From contig NC_134025.1 of assembly GCF_964204645.1 (NCBI RefSeq), forward strand, positions 3,782,001-3,846,000: 64,000 bases of DNA. The letters run 5' to 3'. Position 1 is the first letter of the stretch. Every line of letters begins with the position of its first letter. The notes beneath the pieces are model-generated. The model saw only the letters and a list, made by a program, of their open reading frames with translations, was not told the origin of the DNA and did not search any database. Source of the DNA: Tubulanus polymorphus. Taxonomy: Eukaryota; Animalia; Nemertea. Below, one piece after another: positions 1 through 10,865 of the stretch. The translations under genes and the position numbers were made by a program.

Positions 1-166
1 CAATAAAATACAAGCAATGATAAATACAATATGTACTAAAAGCACACTATACAACTTACCTCAATATCTAAGGCAGCTAAATAGAAATGATCCATTGATA
101 AAGAATGTATACATACATATATTTTGCCAAGGTTAATTTGATATTATACTCATTGAAATCACTTAC

Positions 167-1690
167 TCATTGCCTGGTACTGATGAATTCGGAATTGGAT
201 CATGATCATTTATATCTGGACTATTCAAATCATCGCTGGCTTTAGGATCCTAGAAAAGTAAGAAACAAATGTCAGGCATGAAAAAACATAAACAACTGTA
301 ATCTCGAAAATAAAATCCTCCTCAAATACCAAGAAGTTTGGTTTACAAAGGCATGCGAGTAGTGTCTATAATTGAATAGAAAAAAAAAGCCGAGAGGTTT
401 GACACTTCGACTCAATGAGACAATTTCAAAATTGTTTTGAAAATGACTCGTAGAATTGTATCGAGTCGAAATGTCACTACTCTCTTAGTCTTAGATTTTC
501 TTCATAATTGTATTTTTCTTATTAAGAAGTTCACAAGCTTACATAATTAGTTTTAAGGTCTGTATTCCTATGATCTAATCCATCATCAATCACCGTTACA
601 ACCACGCCCTTTCCAGTTATACCCTGTTTCCAGATCGGTGCGATGTTGAGATCATGCGTTCCCGTTAAAGAACGTTTCATTCTTTTGTTCACCTAAAATC
701 AAACAATGAAACATAAGCCATGTTCAACTGAAGTTTATTTGGGTGATGAAGAAAATAATCTATGGAAATAAGAAGAAACTTAAGGAATCGAAGAGACAAT
801 TTCTTATACAAATACTTACAAGATACATCTGATTTTTGAATTGAGGATCATTAAAATTTAAATCTACGGGTTTCAATTTTACAGCAGACTTAGGTTTGGT
901 ATCAACTGGCTGTGGTTTTGATTCTGCTAATTCCTCTAATCTATTTTTCACAGCGCGAAGCTTGTCTAAAACCGATTGCGCTTTTTTATAAGCGTCATCT
1001 TCTTTTTCCGGTTCTATCGCAGTAGATCGCTTGACCCGGTCGAGAGACACTTGCTGTTCTACGAAAGTAACCTGGAAATAAAAGAGATCGAGTTAAAATA
1101 GAAAAGTTAAAAGATTAGAAAGTAATAGGATATTTTTTGGTAAATTAAGTACAAGATTCATCGGCAAAGTCTAAATAGTGTTATGTTAATTATAATATTA
1201 ATTTTAATTACAGCATTATTTTGTAATGTATATATTTTCATGTATAGACAAATTATTCAGAAAATAAATATGAACTCACATGTGGATCTTCATTTAACAA
1301 TGAAATAAAATCTTCAGCACTTCGTCTTGAACGTTTGTTTACTGCATTATGTTGAAAATGATAGACGTTATCCAAGAATGCAGACATCTACAAAGAAACG
1401 ATAATTAAACATTTTTTCATTAACTTTTTATAAGAAATGAACATCGTTACAACGATTTATTCCATTCAGATGTCAGATACTGTCAGATGAGAATCTTTGC
1501 TTACCCTTCTTACGACTTTAAAACCATGCGTCCCTGCAACCAAATCAGCAACCATATCATCCCCTCTTTCTTGTAGTTCCACAGCGAAGTCATTCGTATA
1601 ATCTAACCGTTCTTTTAAATGATTAGCTTTACTGCAGTCAATTACGAGCAAAAAACTCAAACAAATGAGAATCATACGACGTCCCATCAT
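167..1690 (-). CDS. Proprotein convertase subtilisin/kexin (furin/PC-like) gene, 5' part; coding exons 1690-1505, 1387-1280, 1071-820, 692-543, 249-167; presumed to continue left of the window
   Basis: The exons join in frame at GT-AG sites. They give a signal peptide ([22 protein letters not shown]), a PC prodomain (YTNDFAVE...HGF...YHFQH...KRSRRS...[15 protein letters not shown]), [12 protein letters not shown], and the catalytic Asp motif [20 protein letters not shown] followed by [11 protein letters not shown]...DPIP. The catalytic His and Ser exons are not in the window, so the subfamily is not assigned. Confidence 0.93.
357..482. repeat. Imperfect inverted repeat (foldback/MITE-like) in a convertase intron
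   Basis: tgacacttcgactcaat..acaatt (~400-425) is inversely complementary to aattgtatcgagtcgaaatgtca (~454-476). An outer pair gagtagtg (357) / cactactc (475-482) flanks them. Confidence 0.5.
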
Positions 1691-2074
1691 AAAAAGAAGT
1701 CTAAAAATTGAAAAAGTATAAACTACAATTTTCCCAAGTCGGCAGTATCTACTGTCTTACTGTGGTGGGCAATGCTGCAAGCCTAAGCCGAATCCAAAAC
1801 AGACACTCGTCTCGACAGGGGACAGGACGGACAGAGTCATGACACCACCAAAATTACAGCTAACAAAGTATAAAGCACTCACGTTTGTCTATTGCTGCTA
1901 TTACGCCACAGGTCACGAATCTTTCTATTGTCACCACAAACAATCCATGTTGACAACGCCTGTTAATTACACGAATTAACACCAACAACACATCTGGAAA
2001 TCCAGTCAACCGCGACCAAAACAACCACAAATCGTCCGGAAGTGAATGCAGCGCCACCAGCTGGATTAACTCAC

Positions 2075-2191
2075 TTCCCTTGAATTGAATTGAATTGAAA
2101 TTAATTGTACTATTCGAGCATCGGGGATAACTCGCATACCGCAGGTCGTTACGACTATTAAGCCGGAGACCGGATAATAGTTCAATCCAAA
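2075..2191. promoter_or_regulatory. Probable shared bidirectional promoter region, convertase (minus) / MRPS9 (plus)
   Basis: A minus-strand acceptor at 1701-1702, just upstream of the convertase ATG, implies a 5' UTR exon. There is a candidate minus-strand donor GTGAGT at 2074-2069. The MRPS9 ATG is at 2192, and a (TGAAT)n run lies at ~2081-2100. Transcription start sites are inferred, not seen. Confidence 0.45.
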
Positions 2192-5100
2192 ATGTCAGCC
2201 CCCAGTGTATGTAAGATTGTGCCTAGGATTATTCCTAAATTATCTTATATTCCTCAAAGATGGACAGTCATTTCACTTTTGAGGTCATCACCGTATGCGA
2301 TTGATAATTCATGGGTTAGTTATTTTAATTTGACTCTCACTTAATTCAGCTTAATCGTTTTCTTGTTCGAAAACGATTGAAAGGAGGTCCACCACATTAT
2401 CCAAATCGGCAAATCCAATCCGATAAATTTATTGAAATATTTCTCATACAGATTTGTTTTTCAACATCGTCGATTAATTCAGGCAAGATTGATAAGACTG
2501 TGAAGATAAGTGCAGCTATGAAAGCATATTTAGAAAGAGCTCAAGGCTATGGTAAGTCATCAGGTCATGTGCATGAAAAAGTTAAATTGAGCACAAATAA
2601 CCGGAAATAGTATTTACCTTATTAGTCTAGATCTATACACTGTTATTAGAAACAGTAACTTGGGCTGCCATACACGTTTTGATCATGTTTTTCGGGTCAT
2701 TGGAAATTGATCTATGAAATTGCAGATAGTTTGATGAAAGAAAAGATACAGGAATTTGAGATTGGTAAACGTCATCTGGCAAACATAATGGGTGAAGACC
2801 CTGAAAACTTTACTCAAGATGATATCGATGTAAGCATGAATCATAAAAAAATATTTTACTCAATGTTATCCTGCGCATGGCGGACCTAAATGATAATTGT
2901 GTTAATGTGTTAATTGCAGAATGCTATCAAGTATCTTCTACCATCTGCACTTTTTGAGAAGCCTGCTAGACCATTTTTGAAGGTAAATACGCAATCCAAT
3001 CAAAAGATTTTCATGAATTCGTGTAGTTTAAGAATGAGCTAAATATGTTCAACATCTTGTTTTCAGCATCCGGAGGAGTTTTATCCTAAAAGAAAATGTA
3101 AGCCTGAGAAAAATTGAAGTTCAACTGATTCAATTAATTGGTCTATTTGAGAATTGAAATTTTGTATTTTCAGCTGCTCAGTTTGCTTCTGATGGTCGTC
3201 CTTTCCATTATCTCTTCTACACATCGCTACCAAATTACTATGAAATCATGCATGTAAGTGTAGTAGCCTAAATGAAACTGAGCTCGATCATAAATTAATC
3301 AGAAAAATTGTGTAACATTTATTTTGTTTTGCGCATAGAAAATATCTCTAAAATTGGAACATTTAAATGCCTATGAAGACAGCATGATCAAAGCCGGACA
3401 CTTAGTTCCACCAGAGGATATTCATAAATTGTAAGTTATGGATTGAAGCTATAATGTATTATGAAGTTTGGTATCAATCTGAATTTATTTTGCATTATCT
3501 TTACAGATCTTTGTATGGCACGGAATGGATACCATTGCAAGAATTTCAGGCCGGATTGTTAGAACCTATCAATGAGCATCATGTATGTAATCTGTTTACC
3601 TCTCCTCTCACAGTGTTTCAGCCTGTGCTTATTCAGCGTTTCAGGGTCCTTATGACTCCTTGATTCCTTAGAAACTTCTAAACGTAAAATACTTTTGAAG
3701 GTGCTTAAAACTCCTTTAATTAGAGCAGAATGTCAGAAAATCCTTCAAGTAGATACTTTAGATGTTGTTGATAGACCACGCCTCATATAGCACAGTTGGA
3801 ACCAGGATCTTCTTTTTACCCAATTAGGCTGTTACCAAATTAGGAACCGATTTTAATAATGTCAAGGATAATACTGAATTACTGGTTTACCAAAATAAAC
3901 GGTACCAATTCAGGAGTCTATTGTAATTGGGATTTAAAAGTGATGAATATGCTTCCTTGAAATATCTGAAGGGATCTATGTTTTGATTTCAGTTCAACCG
4001 ATTCATAGCATTAATGGAAAGATTGACAGATCATCCTTATTCATCGCGTGTGGCAGAATTCGTGAAACCATACCGAAAACCCCTTCTCAGTCAGTCTATT
4101 CATGTTGAAATTCCGAAGGTAATTTTCGTTTAGATGTTATATGGTATCTCATGAAATTTTATGAACGTTAGTTTAAATGATGATGCATCTATTTCATTTT
4201 TAGCCAATCACTGATGAAGATGGGAGGAGATATATGGATGCAGAAGGTAAATTTAAGCTGTCACAAATGTGAATCAAGTTTTATCATCAACTCCTCAATG
4301 GACATTACGGTCAAACTCGCTTGCCTTATCACTATTTTTGAGTCCCAATTTATATTTCCAATTCAATTTACTATTGTGTAAGTCATCATTTGGATAAATC
4401 GTCAACGTAATGATCTTTCTAACTACGATGACTAAAGCGAGTTCCACTTTCACTAACATTCTGTTTTTGTTACAAAAGGGAGGAGAAAATCGTCAAAAGC
4501 CAGAGTAAGAATTTGGGACAATGGAACTGGGAAAGTAATCGTCAACAAACAGACAATGGTGGATCATTTTCCAAATCTACAAGAAAGGTAGTGTGCCATC
4601 TTACAACATACCATAGTCTCTCAAACATAACACATCAACTGCAGTCATAAACACTATGTATGTTATTTTTTCCAGAGAGCAGATCATGTTTCCTTTTCAT
4701 TTCGTGAATAAGCTGTCACAGATGGATGTCGAGGCTCATGTGGAAGGAGGTGGACCGAGTGGACAAGCGGGAGCCATACGTTTTGCAATATCCCTGGCAA
4801 TTAGAAGCTTTGTTGATAAAGAAATGCAAGAGAAAATGAGATTAGGTTTGTGTAAAATATGAATTCAATAAGATGAGAGTCCTATACGTGTATCGGAAAA
4901 ATCTCAAGAAGTAGTAAAATAAATGATAATTACTTGTTTTAGCTGGTTTATTAACAAGAGATCCACGTATCAGAGAAAGGAAGAAGCCTGGCCAAGAAAA
5001 AGCTAGAAAGAAATGGACTTGGTAAGCATTGTCGTTGTTATAGTCAAATCTGCCTTATCTGCTCAAGTTGGTGAATTTTCCAAAAATTTATTTAGTGGTT

Positions 5101-5214
5101 AAAATAAACTTCTTTTTCAAGAAGAAAGATCTACTGTCCCAATGCTACTGTGAATCCATCCTAATTTTTTCATGACCATCATATTTTTAATATTTTTTTA
5201 GGAAAAAACGATAA
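2192..5214 (+). CDS. MRPS9: Mitochondrial ribosomal protein uS9m; 14 coding exons: 2192-2314, 2452-2551, 2726-2829, 2920-2982, 3067-3097, 3174-3253, 3339-3430, 3507-3582, 3993-4118, 4204-4246, 4479-4587, 4676-4845, 4943-5021, 5202-5214
   Basis: All junctions are GT-AG and in frame. The N-terminus is basic, like a transit peptide. Motifs include [79 protein letters not shown] and [29 protein letters not shown], which is the ribosomal S9 signature. Confidence 0.96.
4306..4450. mobile_element. Degenerate MITE (Tc1/mariner-pogo-type TACAGT-like termini) in an MRPS9 intron
   Basis: The left end tacggtcaaactcgctt and the right end aagcgagttccacttt are imperfect inverted repeats. This intron is about three times longer than its neighbours. 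Confidence 0.55.
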
Positions 5215-5643
5215 TGCCGCGTACAGTATTTCACGTCGTCGTGCTTTTCAAAATCTATTGTTTTTTGTACATAAAGACATATATGAAATAGAATGTAACA
5301 TATAAATTTTTTTTTGTCTGATCTTCGTTATCTGTGGTTCATTCAAAAATATATCGTAGTCCCTGCTGGAGAAGACTATGATTCAGATTGCCACGGAGCC
5401 AATTGCCTCAGATTCGTTTCCCTTTTCAAACATCCTGTTCCATAAAATGATGACCCATTGTCACTCGGACTGTACTGAATTTGCATGCCTTGTAATATTG
5501 ATATCTCGAGACTCGCGGTGAGAGGAATCTATACTGCTCAATCAAATAACTGAGGAATTCCTTTGTAATTAAAAACTGAATTTTATTTACTGATACACAA
5601 TAATATTTGAAAGTAACCGAATGAGAATGCATCAAAGTCGGTA

Positions 5644-7482
5644 TCATCTTTTTCTACACTGTTCCCATTTGTATATAGCTGTTGAATGAACTGTTTCTGG
5701 TTTCACTTTTTTACACTTTACCGATTTATCCTGAAATTTGAAAACAAACATCAGTAGATGAAATAACACCATAAACATTGACTTCTATTATCTGTATGTC
5801 ATCGATTCTTACCATGAGATTTTTCTTTAACTGCAACTTTTCTTCTACGATTCGCAGTTGATTTTCTCGTTCTATTCTTTTAGTCAGTTCTTTATACATT
5901 CTCGTTCTTTCGTTGAATATTTTCTGAAAAATACAATACAAATACAATTCAGCAATTTGAAAAAACACTTGTGTGAAGCTGCATCTGGCTAAATTGCAAA
6001 CCTTCAGCGTTTCATCATCGACATCTTGAAGGAATTTTTCTGTTTTTAGTTTATCAATAGTAGGTCTGTTGTACGTTTGGGATAGAAGGGCTGGATCAGT
6101 GTTGAAATGCTTAGCGGCATCGAACTGCTTTGCTGTAATTATAGAGAAAATTATTGAAAAATCTGCCGAAAAAACCTTACACCAATATGATTCATGATCA
6201 TCGATACCAGGTACCTTCTTTTTTAGAGTCAACAAATATAATGTGACTGTTTGGTTTCTTTGCAGTAGCTTCCTCTCCAATGAAATGAAGACAACCCTTT
6301 AATTTCTCAATTTTCTAAAATTCAAAAAGTATCTTTACACTATAAAACAATGTTACAGTAGCAGCGCACCCGCTGAATTCAGATAATTAGGGACTGATGA
6401 AATTTACCCAGTTTGTGAGAAAACTGGATCATATCTTACATGCAGATGGGTTGTTAACAATATCTGGATTACCAGTAAACTGATCTAAATTAAGTTGATT
6501 TGACTGTCGAATCATAACGAAAATCAAACCACAAAAACACTATTTACCTTGCGTTCAATATTTCGTTTGTATTTGATATATTTTATATCCTGCGTTTGCA
6601 TTAGTTTAAGCTGATCTTCCGTATATTCAGCAACTTTCCTTGCACTTTGGTGGACACCATCCTGTAATAAATAGTTCATAACCTTATTACACCGAACTTA
6701 GGCTCAGAATATCTAATTCAAAATGTCTTTGTCAATTTGCATTATTCATCAAGGGTGAAGTGTCAATGTGAGTTTCTAAATATGAACGGGAAAAAGGTGT
6801 TGTAATAATCTTTTCATTATGTAAATCAGCCATAAATTATGATATTATTGCATTTTAATGCAACGCTGAATTTCAAGTTACTGGCTCACAAGTCGGCAGC
6901 AGAGAATCGTAAAATAACAACACAAAATTTAAGTACAAAATCACCTGCATTCTGCTATTTATCATTTTGAAATAGAACTCATCGGGATTCTTGTCAAGCG
7001 CTTTTCTCCTCAATAGCTTCAATGCATTTTGTTTCTTGTGATATTCCCTGTAGAGAACATGAAATAATCAAATAATGAAATAAGTAAAAAAAATAAGGTA
7101 AGAAATAAATAAACATCAGCAAAAATTAGACGAGCGCAAAGTTAAAATAATTCATTCCAGGAATTGACAGTACACCCAAACAAATTTTGCTGATAACTGT
7201 ATCGCCAATCACTAATCTTGATTATACACACTTACGTTGCCCTTTTCTTGTAATCTTTTTTCTTTTCCAGCATACCCAAATGTGCACGACTGGTAAGCTG
7301 CAAAAAAGTAATGATAAATTTCGATTGTCATCATGTGGCAGCCTGTACAATAAAATAAAGTTTGAATTTTACTTTGAGCACACCGCGACGAACTGGTATA
7401 GTAATGGCCATGAGAAATTTACCTGTGAACGTTCTCTGTGAGTTTTCTGATTTGACTTTGCGGCATTCTTGAAAGATGACAT
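5644..7482 (-). CDS. UTP11: U3 snoRNA-associated protein 11 (SSU processome); 8 coding exons: 7482-7423, 7297-7236, 7047-6945, 6661-6548, 6314-6215, 6132-6002, 5923-5813, 5730-5644; 255 aa
   Basis: In-frame GT-AG joins give MSSFKNAAKSNQKTHRERSQ, HLGMLEKKKDYKKRA, KALDKNPDEFYFKM, QLKLMQTQDIKYI, YNRPTI, YKELTKRIERE and YKWEQCRKR*. These match Utp11 family motifs and length. Confidence 0.95.
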
Positions 7483-7547
7483 TTTAGCTGCCTGATAATT
7501 ATGATATTGACTTATTAATCAAATATTAATTGAACTTGTGAGGGCAC

Positions 7548-7555
7548 CCGGAAGT
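7548..7555 (+). promoter_or_regulatory. ETS-type motif CCGGAAGT in the UTP11 proximal promoter
   Basis: Exact CCGGAAGT about 65 bp upstream of the UTP11 ATG. The motif is common in housekeeping promoters; function here is untested. Confidence 0.35.
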
Positions 7556-8148
7556 ATACACACATTTGGAAAATGTTGGTTGAAGTGAAACCTTTCAATA
7601 TTTATTCGGTTCGAATCCCAAATAAACATACTGTATAGAAAATAAAAAGACGGTTTCGGCCGAGGTCGACGAAGATGAATTGAAAAGAAATCAATCAATG
7701 AATTATAGAATAAGACTAATATGAACTATTAGGAATCAGTAAAATGGTTTCATTAAATCATTTACGAAAATTTTTCATCCACTAAGTGTTGTTCGGCGTG
7801 GCGAAAATTTTAGCACCCCGCGCTTGAGTCACTTTAATCCCGAGGAGAGTCTAGTCGTGGGCGCGTATTGTTTTACTGATTAAGCTTCGAATTACCCGGG
7901 CAATTCAAGCGAAGTCGTGTAGATTTTCGATCATATTACATATCCCTATCTTGCGTCCGGTGACTCCAATCAGCTTATCTGTCAGCAAAATCTGTGTACT
8001 GGTCAGTTGTGCATGTTGACCTCCTGTCACCATTAGATTCGCGCGGTGTTCGATGAGGTCATAACTTTATCATATCGAGATGAATATGTGTTTACATTGC
8101 GAACAAGCTTCCGCAAGAATGAAATAAAATGTAATTGAGATGTCGTAA

Positions 8149-8326
8149 TACGGTAAATCTTGCATTCTCAGACATGGCCAACTCTGATCGGAGTTTTAAC
8201 TAAAACGGTCAAAAACTAAATTATTTTCCGACTTCCTAACGTACTTTCTGATCTTTAACTCAGACTTTCGCTGAACTCAGAATTTTTAAGTTCCACTTTG
8301 TCCCGAGTTAGGCGAGGTTTACAGTA
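8149..8326. mobile_element. Degenerate MITE with TA-ended terminal inverted repeats
   Basis: The left end tacggtaaatcttgcattctcagac resembles the reverse complement of the right end, tactgtaaacctcgcctaactcgggac. The element is ~180 bp and non-coding. Confidence 0.55.
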
Positions 8327-8922
8327 TTACCAAATCGGGCTGCCTTGTCAGTTTGTTCCATGGACCACGGGTGTTGGTTACAGTCCAAAAATCTCGAAAG
8401 ATATGAATATACATTCCTTCCTCAGCAATAATCACGATTCCGAAGGGTGAAATAGATGTATGTGGGTTTGGTGCAGCAATTATTGGAGCAATATTTCACC
8501 GTACATTCTTCACTCAAAAGTAACACGTTACTTTTCAAAGCGAAAATCTCTCAGCATTTTCCTGAAATAACTTGTCGTGTCTTAACCCATCTCAACTGTA
8601 TATATTAGAAATAGAAATCGACGGTTACTTCGTGTAATTCAACAGTGAAAGTGTATTTTCTGAAATATTGTAAAGAATATCATAATAGGAATCCAATATC
8701 ATTATCATTCATCAATATCACATTGAAAAATAACTATCATTGTCACACGATAAACTGCAGTACCAGTATTTAATGATTTGATATTGTTCTAATGTTTATT
8801 CTGTCTATATGACAGGGATGCAATCAACGTGAAGAGTTTGTAAATATATCACCACAAAAAGCTTTTAATGTAAATGAACAAAATAATTGCAGGTTATATA
8901 TACGTATATATTTTTTCAGCTA

Positions 8923-9752
8923 TCAGTTCGATGTGATATTCTGAGGCCACGTCGTTATTGTATCATTGGCACTTTGCATTTTTTCAATGGCTTCTGCTTC
9001 TAGTTTACGTAGAAACTCGGCGAACCAATCTTTGCCAGATTTGACGATAGAACGTTCGTATAACATTCGCACGAAAACGAAGTGCCAAAGTAATAAGAGT
9101 GTGATTGTTGCAAAGTGACAAAATATACCAATGCCAAGGGTGACATTACACCATTTTTTTGCAGTTTTCGATGCTTGTTCAGCTTGTTCCATGTTCCCTG
9201 TACGAATAATGTTTTTTACACTATTCGCCTTAATCACGGCCACGATTCCGGTTGGCCAAAAACACATTATCAAGGATATGATCGCGTAGGCCATATGGCT
9301 AGAGGGAGCGTAAGCTGCATGTTGCATCACCATGAACGGCTGTTGGCCTACCATCATAGGCTGCCCGGCTATCGGCTGCCCAGGAGGATAGGCCATCATA
9401 GGCTGACCTGCTATCGGCTGCCCAGGAGGATAGGCCATCATAGGCTGACCTGGTTGCTGTCCTGGTGCAATCATCATCACAGGCTGTTGCATTGGGTATA
9501 GGTTATTCATTTGAGCAGGATTCTGCGCTGTTGCAGCGACACCCCACTGTGCACCACCGTAACCTGAGAAAAAGAAACTCTTTATTCTGAATAGAACGAA
9601 CGTAGCATTTCACTACGAAATTGAAAAATATTTCACACCACTAAATGGCTATATCTTGGAAAAACGTAAATACCAAAATCGGATGGAGTGCTGTATCCTT
9701 GAAGATTTTGTTTTTGTTCAGTATTTTCATCTCGTTTTTCGGATCCCGACAT
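8923..9752 (-). CDS. CD225/dispanin-family (PRRT1/IFITM-like) membrane protein, copy A; exons 9752-9674 and 9563-8923; 239 aa
   Basis: Exon 1 (MSGSEKRDENTEQKQNLQGYSTPSDF) joins exon 2 through a phase-1 GT-AG intron. A P/Q/M-rich region is followed by PSSHMAYAIISLIMCFWPTGIVAVIKANSV...GNMEQAEQASKTAKKW and a hydrophobic helix, the CD225 domain pattern. Confidence 0.88.
9345..9450 (-). repeat. Coding tandem repeat, 42-nt unit (GQPMMAYPPGQPIA), ~2.5 copies
   Basis: Directly visible in both the DNA and the translation. Confidence 0.9.
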
Positions 9753-10865
9753 TTTCCTGTATCAAAAAACAAATATTTTACCAAATAATCATCGTTGTTG
9801 AAATACAGCTTGTTTTATACGAGTAAAAACTTACTGACAAATAGGTGTAACCGTCAACATCGATTTTCTAATCTAACGTTAAATCTCGGGTTAGCTATTT
9901 TGGGTTATTGTTTTAGATACGACAAAAAGCTAAAAAAAAGTGTTATCATCGACAACCGTTATACATGTATTATACCTCGAGCCCCAGCAGACACACTAAC
10001 CAAAATCTCTTTTCAGCGTTCGTCGAAGAATGATTTATTTAAGAAGAAGACATTTTGTTCCCACTCATTTTTCCACGATAAATGATACATTTCACAAGAT
10101 AAGCTATCTGATATTGTTACACCCAGTGAAAATGTCAACTTACCATATACGTTATACGAGGTAGAATATAGACAACTGTTTAACTCTTTATGAACCTGCA
10201 TTAATAGATTGCAGTGAACGCCCTAGCAACAACGTTGCACCTCAGTACAGGTACTCCACGATATTTTTGATTTCGATTTTGAGAAGATACACAAATACTG
10301 ACATTGATTTGTATCTTTCAATTGTTTTCTCGTTGAATCTATGAAGTGAATAGTGCAAATAATTCTTGAATATTTTAGTTAAGATTTCTGATTCGAAAAT
10401 ATACCAATCTCTTTCTATCCTCATCGGTGAAATCAATAGAAAAGGTCGTCAAAAATCGAATTAACATGAAAGAAATTGATGTGCCATTTTGATGCATAGT
10501 TTAAATTTAACGTTTGTTAAAAAACTGATTCTGTGACTTATCAGTCTCGAGGCGATCGAAAACAGTAACGAACAAGGACTACCAATAATTTGCGATATAC
10601 GTACACGTATGGATATCTTTATCGATGTGTTATAAGTAAATATGAACAGCAACAAAGATTAGAGTAATGAATAAGTCCAGAAATATCCATTTAAAAACGA
10701 CCCTTAAATAGTAGGATCTCTTCAACAAAACACTTTTTGCATTCATTACATTAATATTGACATCATGTTCTTGTTAGGTCATTTGATTTTCACCAACAAG
10801 CCAATGATTTAAAATCACAGTATGTGAGATGATCAGCTAAATTCTCGTATATGTTCTTGATGTCA

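Noticed and set aside
6393-6484. C/D snoRNA (CTGATGA...CTGA) in a UTP11 intron
   Set aside because: The boxes are on the strand antisense to the host gene, and the C box is imperfect.
7608-7620. tRNA gene
   Set aside because: Only a T-loop/B-box motif is present; there is no acceptor stem, D-arm or anticodon arm.
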